Source: a bacterium (GTDB lineage: Bacteria; SAR324; NAC60-12). From it: 64,000 bases of DNA. Location of the stretch: NCBI GenBank assembly GCA_965209155.1, contig OZ242383.1, positions 2,560,001-2,624,000 on the forward strand, given 5' to 3'. Below are positions 44,447 through 53,439 of this stretch, in pieces. How positions within the stretch are numbered: the first letter of the stretch is position 1; each line of letters opens with the position of its first letter. Position numbers and translations under genes: made by a program. The notes beneath the pieces are model-generated. The model was given only the letters and a program-made list of their open reading frames with translations. It was not told where the DNA came from and did not search any database.

Positions 44447-44810
44447 CTGTCCTTCCTTAGTGCGAGTGATTCCGGTTTCTGGTTAAAATATGCGTTATTC
44501 CATATCTTGGACTTCAGACATTTGAGTAAGATTCAGACTGCTATCCTCCCCATGAATCAATCTGGAGAGTCTGCCATGTTGTCTCTTCCCAATGAATTTA
44601 TAATCATTTCAGAGTCATTTAGAAAGCTTTTTTCACCATCGGTTTGGGGATAGTCCCCCTCTTGAGAGTTGGTGCTTATTCTCAGCAAGATTCGCCCTCT
44701 AAAGTGTGGTGATTTTGCAAATAGACGGTGTTTTCCGGCTCGGTTACCCGGGTTTACAGTTATTTTTCCCGATTTTATGAGGAACCACACTCAATAGGGA
44801 GAACATCGAA

Positions 44811-45372
44811 AGTCATCACCACCGGCAGAGCTGGTGGCTTGAAGAGGCCCCCAGTATGAGGGCAAAACGTGTTCGTCATCGTAAAACGTGCTCGTGCTCG
44901 TGAACGAAAAAGGCTGCCATGTTAGATCATGAAAAACTCGATGTATACCAATGTTCCATCGAATTTTTAGCGTTATCTGTCCAAGTCATCGAAACATTGC
45001 CAAAAGGATACTCAGCCTTAGTTGACCAACTGAAAAGGGCCTCATGGTCGATTCCTCTCAATATCGCAGAAGGCTGTGGAAAAAATTCCCTTCCTGACAA
45101 GCAACGATTCTATGCATTGGCCCGAGGTTCCGCAATGGAATGCGCTGCTATTCTCGATGTTTTAAACGTGTTGAAGATCATCCAGCCTCCTTTATTTGAC
45201 GAAGGGAAACAGTTACTTCATCGCATTGTTTCTATGTTAACCAAAATGTGCCGTCGAATTCACTGACCGTTCACGAGCACGAGCACGGCTAACAGACACG
45301 GATACGTTTCTCATGTCTGACCGGCAAAGCCTATTAGGTTCGCACCAGCAGAGCTGGTGGTTTAATGAGATT
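44811..45372 (-). mobile_element. 562-bp element (copy 4, inverted relative to the others)
   Basis: Starts AGTCATCACC, ends GAGATT, followed by AATTA (TAATT on minus strand). Confidence 0.85.
44919..45266 (+). CDS. four helix bundle protein
   Basis: Near-identical to the other copies. Confidence 0.9.
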   Translation: MLDHEKLDVYQCSIEFLALSVQVIETLPKGYSALVDQLKRASWSIPLNIAEGCGKNSLPDKQRFYALARGSAMECAAILDVLNVLKIIQPPLFDEGKQLLHRIVSMLTKMCRRIH

Positions 45373-45553
45373 AATTAGTTGATCTTTATATTCAATGAGT
45401 GACCTCAGACGTTTCGATGCTGCTTAGGCGCTACTGGAAGTGCTGGAGATCACCACCGGTGGATTCGGCGACAACTGGCTAAGCGCCAATTTCAAATCCG
45501 GTACCAATGGCAGATTCTGCGCGAAGAGGGGAGGTCGTATGAAAAAAAGAAAA

Positions 45554-46438
45554 TTATTCTGACTTACTCTCCAGAAATTTCTTGATTTTATTGTAGACAA
45601 CTTGAGCCTCTTGGCGATTGGCCTTCCAAAGGCGCTCATAGGATCGAAGACAATTCGAATGGGGTTCTTTCTTGGATTTCAGCGTCTTAACACGAGTTGC
45701 GGCTTTTCTACGCGTCGATTCGTCATTAGCCTCTTCATCTCGTTCTTTCAGAATATAATAAAGATTCTCAATATGTTTTGCGCGATCTTTAAATAGCCAA
45801 TTCCTTTTACTTTCATTATCCAACCCAAACAACTCGATAGTCACCATGGCACGTAAGCGGTCGAATCCATTGCGTCGTGGTTGAGGCGACAATGCATAGA
45901 ATTTGATCAATTGCTCCGGTTTGCAGTCAAGGTCCCCCAATGGATAAATCAGGTACGGCAATTCTTTTTTGGAGTCATAGGGATCTTTCACTCCGCTCAT
46001 CCTTTTTCCAGCGATGGGGAAATAGTTCTTTTTGAAAACAGAATTGCAAGTCTTACAGGATGTTACATAATTCATAGGGTGATAGGCTAGAAGGCGATAT
46101 CCCGGTTCTGAACCGGAAGCCGGCTGGTTTATATTGAAACATGCTCCCGATAGATATTTGGGGATAGGCCAACGCCTGATTTCGTTTTTTGGTCGGAAAT
46201 GTTCAACGTCTTGTTCAATCGCTTGATCTTCAATCGATTTTTCGCAGAATGCGCACTTTGAACTTTGCAAGGACATGTAGACCGGTTTTATTTCGCTCCA
46301 CATGCCAGTTATTTTCTTTCGACTGCCACTTTCAATTTCTTTAGTTCTTTTGGTTGCCCTGTCCCGCCATGTCTTATTAATTGCGTCTATACGACGATGA
46401 AGCTGCTCAACGGAGATGGGGTAGTGGATCATGCTCAC
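45554..46438 (-). CDS. HNH-type nuclease, PtuB-like
   Basis: KCAFCE, DVEHFRPK, NYVTSCKTCN; overlaps the ATPase stop. Confidence 0.8.
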   Translation of the reverse strand: MSMIHYPISVEQLHRRIDAINKTWRDRATKRTKEIESGSRKKITGMWSEIKPVYMSLQSSKCAFCEKSIEDQAIEQDVEHFRPKNEIRRWPIPKYLSGACFNINQPASGSEPGYRLLAYHPMNYVTSCKTCNSVFKKNYFPIAGKRMSGVKDPYDSKKELPYLIYPLGDLDCKPEQLIKFYALSPQPRRNGFDRLRAMVTIELFGLDNESKRNWLFKDRAKHIENLYYILKERDEEANDESTRRKAATRVKTLKSKKEPHSNCLRSYERLWKANRQEAQVVYNKIKKFLESKSE

Positions 46439-47682
46439 CCCAATCCATTAGTCATGGCATCGATGAGTTTCTTTGCGGCAGTACGATCTCCACTACGAGC
46501 TTTGAGTCTGAGTTCCTCGAGTTCATTTCGTTTATGACGTGCGCGTGTCGAAGTCAGACCGAACAAGTCGGTTAGCAGGATCTGATCGGCATCCAGACCA
46601 TAGATATTATCCGTTACCCGCTGAACGGAAGTTTGGTTACCATAACGCTTCAATCGTATGACGTTGCTTCGTTGAAGACTGCCAGCAATCAACGGGCTAT
46701 GGGAAGTCAGGATGAACTGCATCTTTGGTAGCGCCTCCGACAAAGTCTCGATGACCGTCATTTGCCATTTGGGATGAAGGTGTAAATCGACCTCGTCAAC
46801 CATAACAATACCTTGATTTTCGACCAGCTTCTTGTCTTTCGGACATCCAATACAGATATGATAAAGAAGATCCGCAATCCATCCGACAAATGCCCGGTAT
46901 CCGTCGGAAAGGCTTTGAAAGGGAATAGGAATATTACCGTGTTCGAAAAGATAATCTCCGTTTTTCAGAATCTCGGTAAGCTTAAAATGCCCCGGTCCGA
47001 GGATTTTGTTTATCAAGCGCACAACCTGCGCGTATCTCTCCGGGTATGACTCTCTGAGCGAAGGAAGCCAGTAAGTAAGTGGGATCAAAGAATAGGAGTC
47101 TTGAAAAATTCCTTGAACTCGTTGCGCTCGCAGAAATCGTGACTTGGTCCTCGCGCCCATGTCGAGGCTTTCACCAGGCTCCACCCGTCGAGACGCCCCA
47201 TATGCGACAATAAAGTAGGCGTCATTTTTCGAGTCGAAGACTCTATCCCAGGGTTCCGGATCGTCTGTTGTTTTGAATTGAATCTCTTCCAGCTCGCCTC
47301 GTCTCCGAATCGTCAGCGTCGAACCCAAAGCTTTATGTTGTGAATTATCGTGTTCATGCATCCGAAATATGGTCGATATCTCGCCTGTTTCTCTGCCACG
47401 TTTTGGATCTGTAATTCGTATTAGATCCCGTGTTCCCAAGTTGGCTTGTGTCACGGCGGGCCCGAAAGCAGCGAGTGCCAGTGCTTGAAGAATCGTCGTT
47501 TTGCCAGACCCATTGTCCCCTAACAGCAAATTGACGTTAACAAATCTGGGTTTCGCAGCACTCACCTCATTTTCTGAAAAAAATTCCTGGTCGGGATGCA
47601 CAAAATTAATTTCTTTGCGGGCATTGAACGTTCGAATGTTTTTCAGTACTAATTGATCAACATACATAATACCAAGGCTCAT
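46435..47682 (-). CDS. ABC/AAA_21-type ATPase, PtuA-like
   Basis: GDNGSGKTT, LSDGY, VDEVDLHLHPKWQ, TSHSP. Confidence 0.88.
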   Translation of the reverse strand: MSLGIMYVDQLVLKNIRTFNARKEINFVHPDQEFFSENEVSAAKPRFVNVNLLLGDNGSGKTTILQALALAAFGPAVTQANLGTRDLIRITDPKRGRETGEISTIFRMHEHDNSQHKALGSTLTIRRRGELEEIQFKTTDDPEPWDRVFDSKNDAYFIVAYGASRRVEPGESLDMGARTKSRFLRAQRVQGIFQDSYSLIPLTYWLPSLRESYPERYAQVVRLINKILGPGHFKLTEILKNGDYLFEHGNIPIPFQSLSDGYRAFVGWIADLLYHICIGCPKDKKLVENQGIVMVDEVDLHLHPKWQMTVIETLSEALPKMQFILTSHSPLIAGSLQRSNVIRLKRYGNQTSVQRVTDNIYGLDADQILLTDLFGLTSTRARHKRNELEELRLKARSGDRTAAKKLIDAMTNGLG

Positions 47683-48136
47683 TCTTGAGGCTGATACGGA
47701 GATGGTGCCAGATGGATTAAACTATTATGAATTGGATCAAACAATGCAGATTGTCATAGTTCGTCTTCGAAATCGGTTGGTTAAGATATATCGAAATTTG
47801 CAGAGGAGGTCAATTGTTATCATCTTTTTGTATTTGGGTCGCGAATTCATCAAACCAATTATCGCTCAACAAGCGCTATCCGTTCAATTCGGCACACGTC
47901 CCAGCCTGTCACCCCGAGCTTGATACGAATCCTGCCTATTTTTTTCATTTGGGGCTTGACACAGCGAAATAGTCGTGCTAAAAACATGCCTTCACCAAGG
48001 TACCTGATGGCGGCCGCATTGGTCTCGGCGCCCGGAGCTGTAAACACCCAACAGCCCAACGAAAACGGTGTCGCTGAATTCTTCGTTATACGGCCATCCG
48101 AGATGATCATGGACATACTCGACAACGGCGAGCATC

Positions 48137-48460
48137 GTGTGTAACACGTTCGACAGAATTCGGGTACTGATTGCCGAGGGCCGTGTACGCATTTCGGAGC
48201 ACGGATACGACGAGATCACCACTGACGGACTACTTGCAAGGGAACTTTTCGAGGGTGTGGAAACCGCCGAGGTGATTGAAGATTATCCGAACTACCCCAA
48301 AGGAGCGTGCGTTCTGCTGCTCCAAAAAACGAAGGATGGGCGCTCCGTCCACGCCGTATGGGGAATTCCCGCTGGCCATACGTGTCCGGCAGTGCTGGTT
48401 ACAGCGTACCTACCTGATCCTGAAAAATGGGAACTCGGATTCAAGCGGAGACGCAAATGA
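48137..48460 (+). CDS. DUF4258 family putative toxin
   Basis: ISEHG, IEDYP, VHAVWG, LVTAYLPDPEKW. Confidence 0.8.
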   Translation: MCNTFDRIRVLIAEGRVRISEHGYDEITTDGLLARELFEGVETAEVIEDYPNYPKGACVLLLQKTKDGRSVHAVWGIPAGHTCPAVLVTAYLPDPEKWELGFKRRRK

Positions 48461-48672
48461 GTAAGAGAAAACGAACGAAGCTCATTCACGAAGGAAGCTA
48501 CGTTGCGGAAGTCGACGTAGAACTCCTGGAAGAGCCTGAAGGATGGTCACCGTATCTTTCTCTGGAAGACGCTTATCGTCTTGATGATGTTCGGGTGGCT
48601 CTTCGGCGAGGTGACATCGAGACTGCTGCAAAATACTCGCGCGTGTTCAGCCTCACGCCCGTCACCGTGTAG
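48457..48672 (+). CDS. putative antitoxin partner of DUF4258
   Basis: ATGA overlap with upstream gene; YVAEVDVEL..WSPYLSLEDAYRLD. Confidence 0.7.
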   Translation: MSKRKRTKLIHEGSYVAEVDVELLEEPEGWSPYLSLEDAYRLDDVRVALRRGDIETAAKYSRVFSLTPVTV

Positions 48673-48799
48673 GGCCGTATCACATCCTCCCCACCTGTCC
48701 GGACGGCAGACGTTACGAGGGAGAATGGTACGATTATTAGGAACACGCTCATCGAGTAGAATATTCATAAATTATCAAGTAAGGATTGCTTGGATAATT

Positions 48800-49361
48800 A
48801 ATCTCATTAAACCACCAGCTCTGCTGGTGCGAACCTAATAGGCTTTGCCGGTCAGACATGAGAAACGTTTCCGTGTCCGTTAGCCGTGCTCGTGCTCGTG
48901 AACGGTCAGTGAATTCGACGGCACATTTTGGTTAACATAGAAACAATGCGATGAAGTAACTGTTTCCCTTCGTCAAATAAAGGAGGCTGGATGATCTTCA
49001 ACACGTTTAAAACATCGAGAATAGCAACGCATTCCATTGCGGAACCTCGGGCAAATGCATAGAATCGTTGCTTGTCAGGAAAGGAATTTTTTCCACAGCC
49101 TTCTGCGATATTGTGAGGAATCGACCATGAGGCCCTTTTCAGTTGGTCAACTAAGGCTGAGTATCCTTTTGGCAATGTTTCGATGACTTGGACAGATAAC
49201 GCTAAAAATTCGATGGAACATTGGTATACATCGAGTTTTTCATGATCTAACATGGCAGCCTTTTTCGTTCACGAGCACGAGCACGTCTTACGATGACGAA
49301 CACGTTTTGCCCTCATACTGGGGGCCTCTTCAAGCCACCGGCTCTGCCGGTGGTGATGACT
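48800..49361 (+). mobile_element. 562-bp element (copy 5)
   Basis: Same ends; preceded by TAATT. Confidence 0.85.
48906..49253 (-). CDS. four helix bundle protein
   Basis: Near-identical to the other copies. Confidence 0.9.
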   Translation of the reverse strand: MLDHEKLDVYQCSIEFLALSVQVIETLPKGYSALVDQLKRASWSIPHNIAEGCGKNSFPDKQRFYAFARGSAMECVAILDVLNVLKIIQPPLFDEGKQLLHRIVSMLTKMCRRIH

Positions 49362-49637
49362 TCAGGGTCAGGCTTGGAGGTTTGTGTGCGTTTCGGGCGA
49401 GGGATGGGTTTGTCCAGAGGGCTTCTCGTCTTTGACCCACCCCCGCCCCTCCCAGGAGAGGATTTTGAAACCCGCTTTTGGCTAGAATCATACACGTAAC
49501 GTCTGTTCGTATGAAAACGAGGTGGATTATTTTTGTTACAAAAATAAAGATGTTATGGTAGGAAAGTCGCATTATAGACAAATTTTTTATTAAATATTTA
49601 TCCCAAAATTAACGAACTCGACCAGGGGGTATGACTT

Positions 49638-49952
49638 ATGAAATATAAATTCACTATACTTTTAGAACCTCAAGAAGAGGGCGGATATACCATTACGTGT
49701 GAGGAATTACCAGAACTTGTCACAGAATGTGATTCAATATCTGAAATTGACGGCCCTGTCCAAGAAGCTTTCGATGCAATTTTTGAGTTATATGCATCCA
49801 AACGAAAAGACATCCCTCAAAAATGCGTAGACCCTGAAGAAAGATTTTATATCCAGAATTTTCATCCCAGAACCCATCCATTACTTCGGACTATATACGG
49901 CGTCAATGAAATATCGCGAAATATCGAAACGGCTCAAAGAGCTTGGTTGTGA
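49638..49952 (+). CDS. hicB: HicB family antitoxin
   Basis: PQEEGGYTITCEELPELVTE. Confidence 0.85.
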   Translation: MKYKFTILLEPQEEGGYTITCEELPELVTECDSISEIDGPVQEAFDAIFELYASKRKDIPQKCVDPEERFYIQNFHPRTHPLLRTIYGVNEISRNIETAQRAWL

Positions 49953-50118
49953 AGAAACCAGGATAAAAAAGGGTTCACACCGAATATGGTCTAATTCCGA
50001 AACTCAAAGAGAAACTTCAATCCCTGATCATGGGAATAAAGATTTAAAAATTGGTACATTGTTTAGCATTCTTAAGAAATTGGGTATAAGCAAAGAAGAG
50101 TTTTTCAATAAATCTTAA
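49906..50118 (+). CDS. hicA: HicA family toxin
   Basis: KGSHRIW, IPDHGNKDLKIGTL. Confidence 0.9.
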   Translation: MKYREISKRLKELGCEETRIKKGSHRIWSNSETQRETSIPDHGNKDLKIGTLFSILKKLGISKEEFFNKS

Positions 50119-50130
50119 GTGGTGGGAGAA

Positions 50131-50890
50131 GGGTCACTCATTAGAGGAATTTCCATGAAAAAAACACTTTTCCGTCCACAAATCAGGGTAACCCATTTGC
50201 GTGTAGTCTTCAGCGCCTGGCACTACAATTTTTTATGTTTCAGGAGATGGGTCAGGCTTGCATACTTGTAGAAAAGATTCTCTGGATTCCTGGTCGGAGC
50301 CAGGAATGACACAAAGGGAAGGCACAAAGGCACTGAGGGAAGGCACAAAGGCGCAAAGGGGGGAAGAAAGGCACAAAGGCACAAAGGCACAAAGGCAAAA
50401 AGGCACAAAGGGGGAAAGAAAGGCACAAAGGGGGGAAGGCACTGAGGGAAGGTACAAAGGTACAAAAAGATTCGTGAAGGAACTGACAACCGATAACTGA
50501 TAACCGATAACTGGTGCCAAGGCACAAAGGCATATTGGATTCCTGGTCTGTGCCAGGAATGACACAATTCTGGATTTCGGGTCGGGGACAGGAATGACAC
50601 AACGAATGGTCCTGATCGCGCAAGCGGGGATCCAGTCCGGTCTGGTTGCCTACCCCTGGATTCCTGGTCTGTGCCAGGAATGACATTAAGGGAAGGCACA
50701 AAGGCGCAAAGGCGCAAAGGGGGGAAGGCACAAAGGCACAAAGGCACTGAGGAAATGTAAAAAGGCATACTGGGTTCCTGGTCGGTGCCAGGAATGACAC
50801 ACTACTAAATTCCGGGTCAGCCCTATTGCCTCAGGCGGCAGGAGAGGTTCAGGCTTGTATTTTGGCATTTAGATTCCGCCTCGAGTCCTC
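50131..50890 (+). repeat. mosaic repeat block; first ~100 bp duplicate ~16101-16205
   Basis: GGGTCACTCATTAGAGGAATTTCC module followed by palindromes and 8-mer/7-mer arrays. Confidence 0.88.
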
Positions 50891-51012
50891 CAGTAAGGGG
50901 CTAATTAATCTCATTAAACCACCAGCTCTGCTGGTGCGAACCTAATAGGCTTTGCCGGTCAGACATGAGAAACGTATCCGTGTCCGTTAGCCGTGCTCGT
51001 GCTCGTGAACGG

Positions 51013-51360
51013 TCAGTGAATTCGACGGCACATTTTGGTTAACATAGAAACAATGCGATGGAGTAACTGTTTCCCTTCGTCAAATAAAGGAGGCTGGATG
51101 ATCTTCAACACGTTTAAAACATCGAGAATAGCAGCGCATTCCATTGCGGAACCTCGGGCAAATGCATAGAATCGTTGCTTGTCAGGAAAGGAATTTTTTC
51201 CACAGCCTTCTGCGATATTGAGAGGAATCGACCATGAGGCCCTTTTCAGTTGGTCAACTAAGGCTGAATATCCTTTTGGCAATGTTTCGATGACTTGGAC
51301 AGATAACGCTAAAAATTCGATGGAACATTGGTATACATCGAGTTTTTCATGATCGAACAT
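51013..51360 (-). CDS. four helix bundle protein
   Basis: Near-identical to the other copies. Confidence 0.9.
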   Translation of the reverse strand: MFDHEKLDVYQCSIEFLALSVQVIETLPKGYSALVDQLKRASWSIPLNIAEGCGKNSFPDKQRFYAFARGSAMECAAILDVLNVLKIIQPPLFDEGKQLLHRIVSMLTKMCRRIH

Positions 51361-51574
51361 GGCAGCCTTTTTCGTTCACGAGCACGAGCACGTCTTACGA
51401 TGACGAACACGTTTTGCCCTCATACTGGGGGCCTCTTCAAGCCACCGGCTCTGCCGGTGGTGATGACTAATCTCATTAAACCACCAGCTCTGCTGGTGCG
51501 AACCTAATAGGCTTTGCCGGTCAGACATGAGAAACGTATCCGTGTCCGTTAGCCGTGCTCGTGCTCGTGAACGG

Positions 51575-51922
51575 TCAGTGAATTCGACGGCACATTTTGG
51601 TTAACATAGAAACAATGCGATGAAGGAACTGTTTCCCTTCGTCAAATAAAGGAGGCTGGATGATCTTCAACACGTTTAAAACATCGAGAATAGCAGCGCA
51701 TTCCATTGCGGAACCTCGGACCAATGCATAGAATCGTTGCTTGTCAGGAAAGGAATTTTTTCCACAGCCTTCTGCGATATTGAGAGGAATCGACCATGAG
51801 GCCCTTTTCAGTTGGTCAACTAAGGCTGAGTATCCTTTTGGCAATGTTTCGATGACTTGGACAGATAACGCAAAAAATTCGATGGAACATTGGTATACAT
51901 CGAGTTTTTCATGATCTAACAT
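51575..51922 (-). CDS. four helix bundle protein
   Basis: Near-identical to the other copies. Confidence 0.9.
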   Translation of the reverse strand: MLDHEKLDVYQCSIEFFALSVQVIETLPKGYSALVDQLKRASWSIPLNIAEGCGKNSFPDKQRFYALVRGSAMECAAILDVLNVLKIIQPPLFDEGKQFLHRIVSMLTKMCRRIH

Positions 51923-52430
51923 GGCAGCCTTTTTCGTTCACGAGCACGAGCACGTCTTACGATGACGAACACGTTTTGCCCTCATACTGGGGGCCTCTTC
52001 AAGCCACCGGCTCTGCCGGTGGTGATGACTCAAGAACGGCTTCTACTTGTTTTTTTGTCACTCTTGGAAAGTCTTCAAAAAAAATTTTTAAAGATTCCCC
52101 CTCCTCCAAATAATCAAACAGATTTTTGACAGGGACACGAGTTCCTTGTTCGTCATGACTGATTCAAATATGTCAATCGAACGATTTTATTGCAGATTTT
52201 TTACCAAGTACGCTTCGCACCAGGTGGTTCCGTAGTCCAAGCTTGCCATCCTCACTCGTTGTTCTTCATTAAAGTGAATGTTTTTCAATTGACAGGTTCC
52301 CCGGATAATTGATATTTGATGATTAATCTCATTAAACCACCAGCTCTGCTGGTGCGAACCTAATAGGCTTTGCCGGTCAGACATGAGAAACGTATCCGTG
52401 TCCGTTAGCCGTGCTCGTGCTCGTGAACGG

Positions 52431-52778
52431 TCAGTGAATTTGACGGCACATTTTGGTTAACATAGAAACAATGCGATGAAGTAACTGTTTCCCTTCGTCA
52501 AATAAAGGAGGCTGGATGATCTTCAACACGTTTAAAACATCGAGAATAGCAGCGCATTCCATTGCGGAACCTCGGGCCAATGCATAGAATCGTTGCTTGT
52601 CAGGAAAGGAATTTTGTCCACAGCCTTCTGCGATATTGAGAGGAATCGACCATGAGGCCCTTTTCAGTTGGTCAACTAAGGCTGAGTATCCTATTGGCAA
52701 TGTTTCGATGACTTGGACAGATAACGCTAAAAATTCGATGGAACATTGGTATACATCGAGTTTTTCATGATCTAACAT
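52431..52778 (-). CDS. four helix bundle protein
   Basis: Near-identical to the other copies. Confidence 0.9.
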   Translation of the reverse strand: MLDHEKLDVYQCSIEFLALSVQVIETLPIGYSALVDQLKRASWSIPLNIAEGCGQNSFPDKQRFYALARGSAMECAAILDVLNVLKIIQPPLFDEGKQLLHRIVSMLTKMCRQIH

Positions 52779-52953
52779 GGCAGCCTTTTTCGTTCACGAG
52801 CACGAGCACGTCTTACGATGACGAACACGTTTTGCCCTCATACTGGAGGCCTCTTCAAGCCACCGGCTCTGCTGGTGCGAACCTAATAGGCTTTGCCGGT
52901 CAGACATGAGAAACGTAACCGTGTCCGTTAGCCGTGCTCGTGCTCGTGAACGG

Positions 52954-53301
52954 TCAGTGAATTCGACGGCACATTTTGGTTAACATAGAAACAACGCGAT
53001 GAAGTAACTGTTTCCCTTCGTCAAATAAAGGAGGCTGGATGATCTTCAACACGTTTAAAACATCGAGAATAGCAGCGCATTCCATTGCGGAACCTCGGGC
53101 AAATGCATAGAATCGTTGCTTGTCAGGAAGGGAATTTTTTCCACAGCCTTCTGCGATATTGAGAGGAATCGACCATGAGGCCCTTTTCAGTTGGTCAACT
53201 AAGGCTGAGTATCCTTTTGGCAATGTTTCGATGACTTGGACAGATAACGCTAAAAATTCGATGGAACATTGGTATACATCGAGTTTTTCATGATCTGACA
53301 T
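52954..53301 (-). CDS. four helix bundle protein
   Basis: Near-identical to the other copies. Confidence 0.9.
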   Translation of the reverse strand: MSDHEKLDVYQCSIEFLALSVQVIETLPKGYSALVDQLKRASWSIPLNIAEGCGKNSLPDKQRFYAFARGSAMECAAILDVLNVLKIIQPPLFDEGKQLLHRVVSMLTKMCRRIH

Positions 53302-53439
53302 GGCAGCCTTTTTCGTTCACGAGCACGAGCACGTCTTACGATGACGAACACGTTTTGCCCTCATACTGGGGGCCTCTTCAAGCCACCGGCTCTGCCGGTG
53401 GTGATGATTTTATTGGCAATATCAACAAATCGTAGAAAA

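Larger units (their letters stand above)
50907..52030 (+). mobile_element. two complete 562-bp elements abutted head-to-tail (copies 6: 50907-51468 and 7: 51469-52030)
   Basis: Junction GTGATGACT|AATCTCATT; 562-bp period. Confidence 0.88.
52325..53409 (+). mobile_element. 1085-bp hairpin-fused dimer of the element (copies 8+9)
   Basis: 523-bp period; hybrid hairpin CCACCGGCTCTGCTGGTG at ~52860-52877; preceded by TGATT. Confidence 0.85.

Noticed and set aside
44811..49361. Composite transposon formed by copies 4 and 5
   Set aside because: The copies are inverted, whereas HUH ssDNA transposition needs left and right ends on the same strand.
22270..53301. Diversity-generating retroelement suggested by Avd-like genes
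   Set aside because: No reverse transcriptase and no TR/VR pair in the window; differences among copies are not restricted to adenines.
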